A DNA stretch of 64,000 bases from a virus: IMG/VR virus record IMGVR_UViG_3300026078_000022, positions 1 through 64,000 of that record; one strand, given 5' to 3'. Made by a program: the position numbers and the translations under genes. How positions within the stretch are numbered: position 1 is the first letter of the stretch; each line of letters starts with the position of its first letter. The notes beneath the pieces are model-generated. The model worked only from the letters and a program-made list of their open reading frames with translations, was not told the DNA's origin and did not search any database. This document shows, one piece after another, positions 34,401 through 43,818 of the stretch.

Positions 34401-36057
34401 CGGCCTCAATAAAATAAAGAGGCATCATTACTAACTGTTTATCTTCATATCGCTTTGCCCCTTCAATAGCTTTATTAGGATCTCCGGTTTGATCCATAAT
34501 TTGTTGATATACCTGACCAGTATTTTGCGATTTTTCTCCATAGTAGGAGGTCAACCCTGTACCAATTGTACCCACTATTTCAGGCAATCCTAACCCCTTC
34601 GTACCTAATGATAATCCAATTGCAGGTAGCATTATAGGAGCCGAAGCGCCAAGTGATGTACCTGTTCCGGTAACAGCCCTTTTAAGGAAATTTTCTTTAT
34701 AGGTATATTCGGCAGGTGCATTTACGGCGGCTTCATAATCCTTCCCTTGCAAATATCTTGTGAATGAATTATTATAACCTTTACTGCTTAAATAGCTGCC
34801 TATATTAGCAAGTCCACTGTACCATCCGCTCTTAACACTTTTTTGAAACAAACCAGACATAGGCGCTTGCCCTGCATCTGATAAAATATCTAATCCCTGT
34901 CTTAAAACATTGTTTCTTCTTTGTATTTCGCTTTCTACTTTGTTATTAGCATTTTCTATTTTCTTTCTTTCGGCTTCAGGGATAGCCTGCCATATCATTT
35001 CATCCGTAACTGATTTTTCAATATTCTGAATTTCAGAATTTATATTTCCGTATTTGTTCTGTGCATTAATATTGAGTTGCCGAACTCCTTTCTGATACTC
35101 ATTATCTAATTGAGATATTTGGGTATGATATTTATTGTTGAGTTCCTTTAGCTTATTATTTGCGTCTTCCTCACTAAGTTGTTTTTGTTGAAACTGATTC
35201 TTAATTTCTTCAACTTGTTGCATGTATTGTTGCCCAAATTCAGTGACTTTAGGCTTCAATACATCGAGTAAATTAGCGGCTTTAGCTTTAGTTTCTTTTT
35301 CTAGTAAATCAATATTGTTCTTTTGTTTGGTAGTTAGCTTGTTTAATAAGTCAATCCCGTATTTATCGACATTGATCCCTTCTTTTTTATATTCTTCTTC
35401 CCGAAGTTTTTTTCTTTCAGGTTGATCTAATTCGTACTGGCCGGATTGCTTTAATAAGCTAACCATCATATCCCTTGTATAATTACCGGCTTTATTTGCT
35501 TTCGTAAGTTTATCAAAGTAAGAGATAGCATCGGCAGCCTTAAAATTACCCATAGGATCAAAGAAATCCTTATACTTACCTGTTTCTATTAATCCCTTAA
35601 TAGGCTCATATAATTGTTGCTGGTTATCCTTTAAAATTTGTTCTTTTCGCTGAACTGATTTATCAAGATTGGTTTTCGCTTCTTTTTGGTAATCGGCTGC
35701 AAACTTTGTATTTGGAATAGAAATACCTTCTCCTATATCTCCGGTACTAAAGGAAAATTCTTTGGCTTTCTTATATTCATCGTTCTTTTGTGAAACGTCC
35801 CTTATAGCATTTTCTATGCTACTCCAATCTTTCGGGCCGGGAGGCTTTGTATCGGAACCCGATGTAGAAGGTTGCGGTGTTATCGTCGGCTGAGCGCCAA
35901 CAACCGAAGGAGATGCTTTGGAAGTAGTGCCACCATCTTCTTTTTTTTTTAAGATCGGCAATCCTGCTTCGGTGGTATCTGTTGATGATTGAACTGCTCC
36001 TGATTTATTAAAAATAGGCAATCCATCTTCTGTTATATTTTTGGCTTTAACGCTCAT
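28486..36057 (-). CDS. giant internal virion / DNA-ejection protein
   Basis: 2523 aa, helical and coiled-coil with Gly-rich hydrophobic segment; third of three genes of increasing size after the tail genes. Confidence 0.65.
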   Translation of the reverse strand: MSVKAKNITEDGLPIFNKSGAVQSSTDTTEAGLPILKKKEDGGTTSKASPSVVGAQPTITPQPSTSGSDTKPPGPKDWSSIENAIRDVSQKNDEYKKAKEFSFSTGDIGEGISIPNTKFAADYQKEAKTNLDKSVQRKEQILKDNQQQLYEPIKGLIETGKYKDFFDPMGNFKAADAISYFDKLTKANKAGNYTRDMMVSLLKQSGQYELDQPERKKLREEEYKKEGINVDKYGIDLLNKLTTKQKNNIDLLEKETKAKAANLLDVLKPKVTEFGQQYMQQVEEIKNQFQQKQLSEEDANNKLKELNNKYHTQISQLDNEYQKGVRQLNINAQNKYGNINSEIQNIEKSVTDEMIWQAIPEAERKKIENANNKVESEIQRRNNVLRQGLDILSDAGQAPMSGLFQKSVKSGWYSGLANIGSYLSSKGYNNSFTRYLQGKDYEAAVNAPAEYTYKENFLKRAVTGTGTSLGASAPIMLPAIGLSLGTKGLGLPEIVGTIGTGLTSYYGEKSQNTGQVYQQIMDQTGDPNKAIEGAKRYEDKQLVMMPLYFIEAAGLQNLLKGGSVRNYLVGTAQELTQELPTEYWQNYTQAQEAEGYKGSFGSYIKEHPETTLDVIASTLGQSGMVSMAGKVYNQISSLIPQAKAQYYADIIGKHGIDFAMENLQHQFNTGVIDEKQFQAEQEKIMLSAKKLKEFEGLGLKGDDAKAYFTLTESANRLKKAISETDDEGLRIGYESKLKETQQELDQLVKGKGAYAIFTLPGGGEQTKIVPLSGIEKLDQQGHLNTLIHLSDSVEVKGDENLNKQLQERKQQLGNPSAPEGFYSAPKTEITSEQKKAQQLDKSRSILEQALNNNELKGTQADIAKSVLEQAKGNPEVVHDFFKEVADQALNKVAAEVGDPSAAAEQTYGKNIVDHAKELFPVKPTYESIQQTKAYETVSPILQRINNADYINEKELDEAANHLYDVLDQVDKSDMTDEQKQSSANLIEPLIQKIEGYDFRTKTETSTVTEAKTASIPTKTTREIRPALEQSAGSKATITTPDGSTATGTLNIKGGQYVLDVPQGQQRIIGEKAITDRDLTLPTEEEMENPIKFDKNGNVESVTVKDRNGNLIEIKDAEKALDIAIQLRADMIGEVPAQLFDNTYEEIQKEISQEKLIEPSKTQTDAEKIRENQGIASETGKATEGGKTDSGGNIQFTTETGTKAGDTQQQIDSPKTQTDEDKTKKTEAKETEGLRQDVTPDTGSGKEGVAEPVTPLPPPPTTQTTTVGSPKEEWTAIRKAKLEEIKAVKDMFEANAERKKWVGIIESALNNLQEMYPDKSLYDAAKSRVGYFSILSDNNVLFNPTSEDLAVFQYFKAETEKAINDITGWDSPNETERIHAIVQYQGLNEDLMAVAKAINPSEAGRAFGFRQSEMKLDPEYGLQVRRMELLNAKGGEKLTEEEKEWTANQWEKEKDLMKREQELKDKRMTEEFEKRMSDLKKEYDEKLKKVQKPATKKEKADEKRDDYLKNKGKEWADKIRQGKLGGAQVSIPGFTPLLNLAIEGIARLVETGFTIAEAIDKYVKDNNLKDADSNTIKNHFNQFVDRQIKQDESLSKIKELATSNKVTTITTDMVSKNLIKDFVESHIGEVAPEDLLEHVTNKLEKELSNVTKEKLTEAYLKTGEFKIPTLKQLQSEFERDKSKLQKIAKIEKDINDLKSKKDIYSRSGNKSQEIQVDKDIAAREKELKNIMVDVGLKTTNEDKFSKASYETRAQSHNDRLSSLSNKIDDLITKGGLTAEQTSALTKLKGQLDASKIKLSDNSKLSQKAVMDNAENVLKKTQSDFDKALKLSDMIPVADVRKGLRQAVDKFNSEKEDSEQKLKLQRTKDNLERSNKETLRKINAGEFNDEKIPTILKSTDAELVKLQIEKNKLDSETRKKQKELGDKNKSKVRKALELTRAVYVAALIYRFGTFAKVAATAVIRANIETATKLTFGQLFKATFPEFYNRAKAGGESSSWRSVKESYTALLRQVGDKKMIEIKDKANTKYNADRDAYNAYEKVAALSPNDKNVQDKLQELKNNMNNSLLDATSVFVYDYIGNSSLKDALDALLYRSNKIERELGYTDTESIKDGGAIDKINYVIGFIGRSHAALKTFSARASFASGFVARLEDAMHNGVDVSNADELLKIGHESYLDWERGKYQQKNLVTDLWNEVTKRVDNYAKGTAWEKYSKAIAEGLRFDVAITRVPVNILHEAVMEYTIGSLRAFYKIGQQYREANKQVKLHTDLDPGTKEFKDAIKEHISNMDANQAATIARCFRKGGFGLGLYAFAMISGLMAFGGFHHKGEKKKKEEDLEEGELNPGEIMIGHKKMGELMSKIIEHTPAAYPTLFGLNLAKVYGDNIEKGKTTPDAAMSAAIANLEAIQDAIPQAKVINPIGITQDVTKGALRQADKFWEWTDVDEKGDVITRKPLDFKDQIKLLTGDRKNVLTEDNYKLATSIMKEYNSAIAELKKAKGDKEQIDDLKKQRDDQIKQLYELNKQENEK

Positions 36058-37631
36058 TGTAATCCTGCTTGTTTAATATATTCATCTACGGTCATACCAG
36101 ATTGTTGTGCCGCGTTCTGTACTTGTTCCTGCGTAAATGTTCTTTTACCTAATTTGTAACTTTTCTTTTGTGTCTGACTTATTTGTCCTTCTTTCTTTTG
36201 TAATATTTCATAAAGACCACCCTTGTTATGTGTCAATGCATCATCAATTAATTTATTTACCTTACCAATATCTTTATTAGGGAACATATTTTTAGTAGTA
36301 TTTTTCAACCACGTGCGGGAATCTATTGGTATAGTTTCAGATACCATCCTTTTCCCGTTTTTAACTACTATATCCCCTCCTGTACCTAATTTTGTCGTCG
36401 GTGTTTTTTGAAAGTAAACCAAACTTAATTGATCCTTATCTTTGTCATACCTGATAACATCAGGTGTTTTAGTGGTTTTACCATCTTTATCAATACTGCT
36501 ATATTGTTTAATTAAATCAGGATCTGCTATCTCTACAAAATCTTTAGTACCACCGCCCTTTTGAACTTCTGTGATTGGTGTACCTTTTGATATTTTTGCC
36601 AGCGCATCATCAATAACCGCATCGGCCCCAAACAAATCCACATCCTCTGCATCCTCCAATTTCCTTTTGGCTAATCCATACATAGCCCATCTTTGCTGAA
36701 CCCCTTCCTTCTTTAATTTTAATTCTTCTGCTTTATATAAATTAGGATTGGCCTTAATCTGATCTTTGGTTATTTGTTGAATATCCTTATCAGAATTAAA
36801 AGCCATTTCTCCTAATGTTCTAAAATAATTCTCTACCGATCCGAATTGTTTCTTTTGCTCGTCTGACAATTGATTAAATTGCTGATCTACTGCTCCTTTT
36901 ATTGAATGGCCATATTTGTCTTTTTGAAGGGATAAAGCGCCCATCCATGATTTCATAAAGGCATCCTTGCTATACTTAGTTCCTTCTACCTCGCGTATAA
37001 ACTCATTTCCCGGTTCACCTGCTGCATTAGTAAGCGTACTTTTAGCAAATTTCTGCTGAACTGTAGGACTTGCTAATATGCCTTTCATTAATTCCTGAGC
37101 GTCGAATATCGGAGGCATATTCAGCATATATGGATTGCGCTTGCCTAATGGTTGCTTCCAGTATTCGTTAATGGTTTTTTGGTTTTCGGGGGTATTTAGC
37201 TCAGGGTTACGATTCATATACTCCCGATGGGCAAAATCATATACTCTATTGAGTTTACTTTCTGTGGCGGCGCTTCTTAATCCTGCTATCTTAGCCTGAA
37301 TCTCTCCTAATTTTTGACCACCAAAAAAGGCACGCGGATTATCAGCAATATCTTTAAAAATATCGGCTGTTTGTTGTTTAAGTGCATCTCGATCTTGGGT
37401 TGCAATTTCCATCCCCGATATATCACCTAAATCTTTATATGATTCCTTTAGATTAGTAAGGAAGGTATTATACTTACGCCAATCATTTTCTGCTTTGAAA
37501 CGGGCATTTTCATTAAGTTGCTTAACTAATCCTGAATTATCAATGACTGTAGCCGGAGTACCGGAAGCCTTTTCTGCATCCGCACTTGCCCCTGCATTTA
37601 ATATTTCTCCTAAAGATGGTTCGGCTGCCAT
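36054..37631 (-). CDS. internal virion / ejection protein
   Basis: 525 aa helical; position between small and giant ejection genes. Confidence 0.55.
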   Translation of the reverse strand: MAAEPSLGEILNAGASADAEKASGTPATVIDNSGLVKQLNENARFKAENDWRKYNTFLTNLKESYKDLGDISGMEIATQDRDALKQQTADIFKDIADNPRAFFGGQKLGEIQAKIAGLRSAATESKLNRVYDFAHREYMNRNPELNTPENQKTINEYWKQPLGKRNPYMLNMPPIFDAQELMKGILASPTVQQKFAKSTLTNAAGEPGNEFIREVEGTKYSKDAFMKSWMGALSLQKDKYGHSIKGAVDQQFNQLSDEQKKQFGSVENYFRTLGEMAFNSDKDIQQITKDQIKANPNLYKAEELKLKKEGVQQRWAMYGLAKRKLEDAEDVDLFGADAVIDDALAKISKGTPITEVQKGGGTKDFVEIADPDLIKQYSSIDKDGKTTKTPDVIRYDKDKDQLSLVYFQKTPTTKLGTGGDIVVKNGKRMVSETIPIDSRTWLKNTTKNMFPNKDIGKVNKLIDDALTHNKGGLYEILQKKEGQISQTQKKSYKLGKRTFTQEQVQNAAQQSGMTVDEYIKQAGLQ

Positions 37632-37634
37632 AAT

Positions 37635-38342
37635 TTATCCCGGAATTGCTAGTGATGTATTAATTGCTCCCATCCCTGTGTCTACTGGCCCCTGAACAGA
37701 CGTTGGCCTTAATGAAATATCTGAATCTCCACCTACTGTAGATTGAAATGGATCTGTCTTATTACCAAATAATTTATTCATTAAGTTCTGATTTGAACTG
37801 CCTGTTCCATAGGCCATTCCAGCCCCGGCGATTGTTTGAAATCCACCCCATATGTTCTGTTCTGCTGCTTCCCTACGCTTAGTTAATTCTTTCAATTTGG
37901 CCTGATATGGCTGATATTCATTAATTGTCCATTGTGTTGATTTTTGACCGGCCAAATCTTTATTGGCATTCATAAAATATTGGATATTCTTTAAATGAGT
38001 TTCGGCATCTTCGGCTCCTATTTTACTCAGGCTTCGGTTATAAACATCCATTAACTTTGAAATATCGTTAACGCCGCCGCCTGTCTGAGTAAGGGCCCTA
38101 ATTCCGGCACCTAATCCCTTTCCTGCTTCGGATGTTAAATAATCTTTTGTAGCAGAAGGCATACCTTGTCCCGCTTCAGTTGCCATTATGTTGCGGTTCT
38201 CGTAATATTCAGGCTGAATACCATACAATGCCGGATGTAGCCGCGACAATTCCCTACTAGCCTCTTTTTCTTTTTTGGCTCCTGAAATTAGTTGCCCAAC
38301 TCCCAAACCCGCTGTCGCTATGGCTCCTGCTGCTAAAGGCAT
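37635..38342 (-). CDS. small internal virion / ejection protein (T7 gp14-like role)
   Basis: Gly/Ala-rich hydrophobic N-terminus and GGFQTIAGAGMAYG segment. Confidence 0.6.
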   Translation of the reverse strand: MPLAAGAIATAGLGVGQLISGAKKEKEASRELSRLHPALYGIQPEYYENRNIMATEAGQGMPSATKDYLTSEAGKGLGAGIRALTQTGGGVNDISKLMDVYNRSLSKIGAEDAETHLKNIQYFMNANKDLAGQKSTQWTINEYQPYQAKLKELTKRREAAEQNIWGGFQTIAGAGMAYGTGSSNQNLMNKLFGNKTDPFQSTVGGDSDISLRPTSVQGPVDTGMGAINTSLAIPG

Positions 38343-38343
38343 G

Positions 38344-38799
38344 TTAATTGCATTTTAAAATAAGAAATAGCTTTTTATCAAATTCCAACATCCTATCAAA
38401 TTCAAATCCGGCTTTTATCAATGTTTTTAACGCTGGTTCATTCCTACAATATATTCCTGTTTTAAAAGGGCCATTAAACTTATGTCTCACTACTTGCCAG
38501 AACTCAGTCAAAAATGATCGGTTTCTAAATTCCTTTAAAACATGAAACCCTTCTAAAACCAATTCATCCATCAATGTTTTGTGATATACGAAATATGCCG
38601 CTAATTCCCCTTCCACATTTATCACGTACATTACCGAAGTATCCGAAATACTATTTAATGTATCTTTTATGTTTTCTTCTACTGTTCCTGCGAACTTGTG
38701 TATTAATTTATGGAAGTTATCATCTTCACGTTCATAAAAATATTGAACAATAGCTCTTTTGTCGTCAACTTCAAAGCAGTATATCTTGCCTAAACTCAT
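38344..38799 (-). CDS. GNAT-fold acetyltransferase
   Basis: FHVLKEFRNRS (motif A-like) and NEPALKTLIKAGF (motif B). Confidence 0.6.
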   Translation of the reverse strand: MSLGKIYCFEVDDKRAIVQYFYEREDDNFHKLIHKFAGTVEENIKDTLNSISDTSVMYVINVEGELAAYFVYHKTLMDELVLEGFHVLKEFRNRSFLTEFWQVVRHKFNGPFKTGIYCRNEPALKTLIKAGFEFDRMLEFDKKLFLILKCN

Positions 38800-39124
38800 T
38801 GGTACTCAAAAATATGTTAATTTCTTCATTTATTGCATTACTAAATGGCTGAAATGCAGGTCTTAAAACTTCCTGAAACTTCACTGCATTTTGTCCATTA
38901 TTCGATAATAATATGGTAAAAAACCCAATAAGCACCCCAGTTGTAGCGGTAAAAATCTTGTATGGTATCACATTTTCGGTAACTTTTGCTACTTCTGCAT
39001 CCGTGTAAGTCTTTATTACTGCTCCTATCTGATTTTTTATAGTAGGGATATTTGCCCGATTTTCGATGATCGTTGCCGGTATAGTTCGTTTATAATCAGG
39101 GTCATATTTTATGATATACAGCAT
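38771..39124 (-). CDS. hypothetical protein
   Basis: 117 aa, coupled to the tail gene. Confidence 0.65.
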   Translation of the reverse strand: MLYIIKYDPDYKRTIPATIIENRANIPTIKNQIGAVIKTYTDAEVAKVTENVIPYKIFTATTGVLIGFFTILLSNNGQNAVKFQEVLRPAFQPFSNAINEEINIFLSTNEFRQDILL

Positions 39125-42100
39125 TATTTTTTCAGGTTTCCAGAGCTAGTAAATAAAAAGTAAGCCCCTTTAAATTCATTGTATTGATTTAGGTTATTCA
39201 AATCCATTATAAACCGGCAAACAAAGTATAACCCGATATTTCTATTGCCGTCCAGCAACATACTTCTGAATAATTCATCCGGTGATATGGGAGGATAACT
39301 ATTTGCATTTCTTAAAACGGATGCAAAAAATAAGTTCTCTTTCTTCTTAAATTGATTCAGAGACAGCCACGAATAAGAGTTATAAAAATTTGAATAAATA
39401 AGGTCTAGCCAGAAACAATAAGGATTACTATCTATTGAAATGGATTGTAGGATTTTATTGGTATCGGGGGCCTTGTTGAGAACTCCAATAAAATTAGGAA
39501 TTACCTGCTGTCCATAATATTCGGCAAAACTTTCACTGCCTGAATTGTGATAATAAGGAGAGCCCCCCGCAAAAGAAACCAGTTGAACGCCTGATTTATC
39601 CCCTTTTAATACCGCGTACGATTCCGGGACAAAGCCGACTGATCTTACCCATCTACCCGTAGGAATATTATATACAATGGTTTCCTGATGTTTTAAATCC
39701 CAATTGAACCGATTGTTTATGTATGAAGTTAGATCATTTGAATTGTTTCGACGGGGCCGGAAAGAAACATATACATTATTCCTATCCATATCAATGCCTG
39801 TCATTACATCGAATCTCTTTTCTTTTTCTACGCTTTTATTCCACGACTTTATAAACTTAGTTTTTGATATAAAATATGATTTCACATACCCTTGCGCCCC
39901 ACTTTCTGCATTAAATTCTGTAATGTCAATAGCACTTCTGTAATCACAAAGTATAAATGCTTCGTTCATTCCATCGTACCAAAACGCATATTTATCGTAA
40001 AACAAAACACTTCCTGTATCCTCAAAAGATACTCCATATTCGCTACCTAATTTTTGATGTGGCTCACTGAGTTTATCATCCAGATTAGCCACTTGTACCC
40101 CTTCAGCATTAGCGAATATGTATTGAAAATTAAAGTTCGTGGTGAACCAATTATTTTCACAAAGGAACATTACAATACTTCCTTGCGTTTTCATGGCTAC
40201 TATACCACCCCATGAGAAACTTTCTTTGAATTGCTTTCTGTTTTCTGACCGGAATATACCTAATCCATTTAAAGCACCATCCGATATGAAATTATCCCCC
40301 TTTATCACATCTAGTGGATACCATTGTTGCCGGGCATTATCATTTTTAACGTTTTGACGGCCACAACTACTACAGTTAGCGCCCCAATTGTCGCTTATGT
40401 TAGCGCTTTCAAAAGGATGATTAAAAAATTCTAATCCCACATTGGGAATAGGAATGTTTCTTGTCAGGAAGTAAGTATCCCAAAATTCCAGATCAATGGT
40501 AGCCGGGAAATTGTATAAGGGAACATTATTAACGTCATAGCCGGTAAATATGGCTATCCGGTTATTAATGATCGGCCAAAAACCTGCTACTTCACAATAA
40601 GGTATAGTTTCTGATTGTTGTGTAGGTGTGTATATTTCTATCCAAAAACCATTTTTATTGAATACTTTATTAAGTCGGAGATCATATCTGACAATAAGCG
40701 TAATTGATTTATTGTTGGCAATTGTTGCTTGTGAAGGATTCTCCACCGCCGTAGTGGGTAATATACCTGCATTAACGGCTGCCTGATTATAATTAGTACC
40801 TAAAATCTGAACATCAATCGGATCTCCATTAGTGGATACATCCAATAAATGACCATCTCCATCGTCCAAAATCCTTAACCTGTCTCCTGTTACAAATTGG
40901 TAATTTGATAAGGTTGTGAAGTTTCGAGCAATATTATAATTGTAAAGCGAATCAATGGCTATAGAGCAAAACACTGCCGTATTAGGATCATTTACCACAT
41001 TTCCACTGCTATCAATAAAACTGATGCTATCGCCAACCCATTGTATATATTTTAAGACACTCAAATTTTTAGATACAGAAAAAGTAAACCATTTAATGTC
41101 TGGGTATGCTGAAAAATTCAGTGCATTAGAAATTACCGATTTAAAAAACGTAGCTTTAACATCATCCCTTTCAAGGAAAGACGGCACAGCAACATCTTTA
41201 ATCACATTAACGAACATTAATCGGCCAGCCAAATCAGCGCCATAGCATCCTACCGAATATTTTCCTCCTTCTTTTAATGAAGTTTGTGATGAAGTTTGAA
41301 TATTTATTGATAAGTTAATTGGAATAGGATAATCCCTTATCTGACAATTAACGCATGGCGATAATGATTCATCAAATAAAAATAACGGGATGTTACCGCA
41401 GTTGGATATTGTTATAATATATGAACCACCTGCATTTATATAAATGTTGTTTACTCTATTACCTTGCTGTCCATTATGCACAATTAACGTGAATGTGCCA
41501 TCTTGCTTACTGCTTACTGTACCACCACCAACTATAGAAACGGATATACCTGAGTAATCAATTGTGCCATCCAAATTAGTTATCTTACCTGATACTACTA
41601 TCCGGTTACAATCTCCTACTACTCCATTATTGTAATCAGTCAGATATGCCGGTGAATTTTGACACCATCCTATTCCTGATCTGCTAGTTACAATGGTAAA
41701 GTCAATTGGATAGGCACAGTTTAATTTAGTCTGATTAAACTCAATATCTACAATATCTGCATTGGACGCTTTTGTATACGCAAAATAAAACCCATTTTTG
41801 TCCGTAACCATCCCTCCATTATCTAAATCACCATGATTCATTGTATATGCAAACGATTCTATAGGTATAGGATCATTTACTGATTCAAAAAAATAGCCCT
41901 CTATAAACCTAAATTTTTTATTTCCTTGTTGCGTTATATAAGGACAATAAACATAGAACAAATCACTTCCGTTCCCCCATACATCTACGTCTGCGCCTGT
42001 ACAATCAATCTCCATTTCTTTTGAATAGGTAACTACTCCTGTATTGGGTACGATAGATGTATTATTGCCTGATATTATCGTTGTTGACCTTGAATTAGCC

Positions 42101-43818
42101 AACCCCAATATATACGTACTCTTGCTTCTATAATCACCCGTACTTGCTACATTATGTCTTCCCAATGTAGCAATATATCTTCCGGCAGGAACTATAAAAT
42201 CAAACACGCATACAAAATAACTTCCACTATCATATATAGTTTGAATAGCGGTTTTACTTTCGTTTATTGTTAAATCGTATGGCGCTGCACTAACTTTACT
42301 CAATGTAAAATTTGGTGCAACCTGATACCACACACCATCTGAAAAATAAGGAGTACCTTTTAAATAACAACGAAGTGCTTTTTTATCTGCAAAATTCAGG
42401 TCAAATGTTGTAGTTTCAGTTTGATCGAATGCGATATTTCCACTTCCAAAATCTATACCTCCGAATCTTACTGTTGTGTCGCTACCTAGAAAATAAGATA
42501 TTTGTGAACAAAAATCAAAGCTATCCGCGCATCTACCGATATAAGCATATAATCTTATTTTTCTTACCGGTACATTACAGCCACTTGTTTCTTTTTCCTG
42601 AACTACTATATCTATATTATTTGTTATTTCACATCCGAAATTTGGGTACCCATATCTATTATCCCCAAAAGCAATTGAATCTCCCAAATCTGTCATACCT
42701 ACGCTTAATTGCGGCAAATCATTTTGCAGTCTTAATGCGTTGGGCTGATCTATTATTTCTGATACTTTTGAGAAATCGAATATGTAATCAATAGTATTAA
42801 GCGTAGCATTATAATTATAATTTGACCACGGATTTACTCGTAACCAATAATCAGTCCCTAATATCTCATTGGGAGATAAACCACACGTAGAATACTTGTA
42901 AATCGTATCATACAAAAACCAATCACCTCCGCATTGTCTTACATAAATCCTAATTTTCTCAGTCAATGGCGAACCCGCATCCATTGTTATTTTACCGTTC
43001 TTAGGTAATTGATCAGGATTATTAAGAAAATCCTCTGATTTTATTATCAGAGGTAATGAATAAGGAGACAAGGTAGTATATCTACCATCTGTATTTACTT
43101 TATCATAGGCAAACTGAAAAGACTTATCAATAAGACGGTTAATTTTACCAGTGTCCTGATTTGTATTTGGGATAGGCACTACCACCGGTTTGTACATTGG
43201 GGGGCGTACTGCTAACTCCAAATATTCCCTACGGTCGAAATGAGGCGGTTGCAATTTCCAGTAATGGAATAAAGATGCATTAAAACCATTTGTTTTAATA
43301 GCTGCTACTACATTAATAAATCCATGCCAGTTTTTGCTATCAGTCCATGTGAGAAACTTTTCTACTACATTTCCATGCTTATCGCTTACTGTTCTTATTT
43401 TAACCCGGTGATCTGAAATAAAAGCATCCTGATCATCTCTAAAATTAAGTTCAGGATCTATTATTATTTTAGTCCATGTTAATTCATTTCCATCTACTGA
43501 ATAAATGCCATGATTACCATTTCCGTTGAAATTGAAACAGAATGTTTCTTGTGTTACTTCAGAAAAGTAGTTACCAACGTTTTTATTATACCCATCCGGT
43601 AGTATTACGTTCGGAATAACAATATTACTTCTACCGGGGCTTAATACCAGAAAGTTTTGTCCTTCACCTGTTCCGTTATCTGTGCCCAATCCTAATGCGG
43701 GATTCCCATTCACGTCCCACGCCATATCCTTTATGAAAGGGCTCTCATTTGCCTTAATCTGTGTGTAATCAGCGTCGAGATTAAGAAATATAGGTTTTAT
43801 TCCGTCTTGTGCCTGCAT
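39124..43818 (-). CDS. tail stabilization / muzzle (nozzle) protein, P22 gp10 / crAss Tstab-like
   Basis: 1564 aa beta-rich; C-terminal YGVSFEDTGSV..FWYD..YYG..KKKENLFFASVLRN pattern; position. Confidence 0.6.
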   Translation of the reverse strand: MQAQDGIKPIFLNLDADYTQIKANESPFIKDMAWDVNGNPALGLGTDNGTGEGQNFLVLSPGRSNIVIPNVILPDGYNKNVGNYFSEVTQETFCFNFNGNGNHGIYSVDGNELTWTKIIIDPELNFRDDQDAFISDHRVKIRTVSDKHGNVVEKFLTWTDSKNWHGFINVVAAIKTNGFNASLFHYWKLQPPHFDRREYLELAVRPPMYKPVVVPIPNTNQDTGKINRLIDKSFQFAYDKVNTDGRYTTLSPYSLPLIIKSEDFLNNPDQLPKNGKITMDAGSPLTEKIRIYVRQCGGDWFLYDTIYKYSTCGLSPNEILGTDYWLRVNPWSNYNYNATLNTIDYIFDFSKVSEIIDQPNALRLQNDLPQLSVGMTDLGDSIAFGDNRYGYPNFGCEITNNIDIVVQEKETSGCNVPVRKIRLYAYIGRCADSFDFCSQISYFLGSDTTVRFGGIDFGSGNIAFDQTETTTFDLNFADKKALRCYLKGTPYFSDGVWYQVAPNFTLSKVSAAPYDLTINESKTAIQTIYDSGSYFVCVFDFIVPAGRYIATLGRHNVASTGDYRSKSTYILGLANSRSTTIISGNNTSIVPNTGVVTYSKEMEIDCTGADVDVWGNGSDLFYVYCPYITQQGNKKFRFIEGYFFESVNDPIPIESFAYTMNHGDLDNGGMVTDKNGFYFAYTKASNADIVDIEFNQTKLNCAYPIDFTIVTSRSGIGWCQNSPAYLTDYNNGVVGDCNRIVVSGKITNLDGTIDYSGISVSIVGGGTVSSKQDGTFTLIVHNGQQGNRVNNIYINAGGSYIITISNCGNIPLFLFDESLSPCVNCQIRDYPIPINLSINIQTSSQTSLKEGGKYSVGCYGADLAGRLMFVNVIKDVAVPSFLERDDVKATFFKSVISNALNFSAYPDIKWFTFSVSKNLSVLKYIQWVGDSISFIDSSGNVVNDPNTAVFCSIAIDSLYNYNIARNFTTLSNYQFVTGDRLRILDDGDGHLLDVSTNGDPIDVQILGTNYNQAAVNAGILPTTAVENPSQATIANNKSITLIVRYDLRLNKVFNKNGFWIEIYTPTQQSETIPYCEVAGFWPIINNRIAIFTGYDVNNVPLYNFPATIDLEFWDTYFLTRNIPIPNVGLEFFNHPFESANISDNWGANCSSCGRQNVKNDNARQQWYPLDVIKGDNFISDGALNGLGIFRSENRKQFKESFSWGGIVAMKTQGSIVMFLCENNWFTTNFNFQYIFANAEGVQVANLDDKLSEPHQKLGSEYGVSFEDTGSVLFYDKYAFWYDGMNEAFILCDYRSAIDITEFNAESGAQGYVKSYFISKTKFIKSWNKSVEKEKRFDVMTGIDMDRNNVYVSFRPRRNNSNDLTSYINNRFNWDLKHQETIVYNIPTGRWVRSVGFVPESYAVLKGDKSGVQLVSFAGGSPYYHNSGSESFAEYYGQQVIPNFIGVLNKAPDTNKILQSISIDSNPYCFWLDLIYSNFYNSYSWLSLNQFKKKENLFFASVLRNANSYPPISPDELFRSMLLDGNRNIGLYFVCRFIMDLNNLNQYNEFKGAYFLFTSSGNLKK

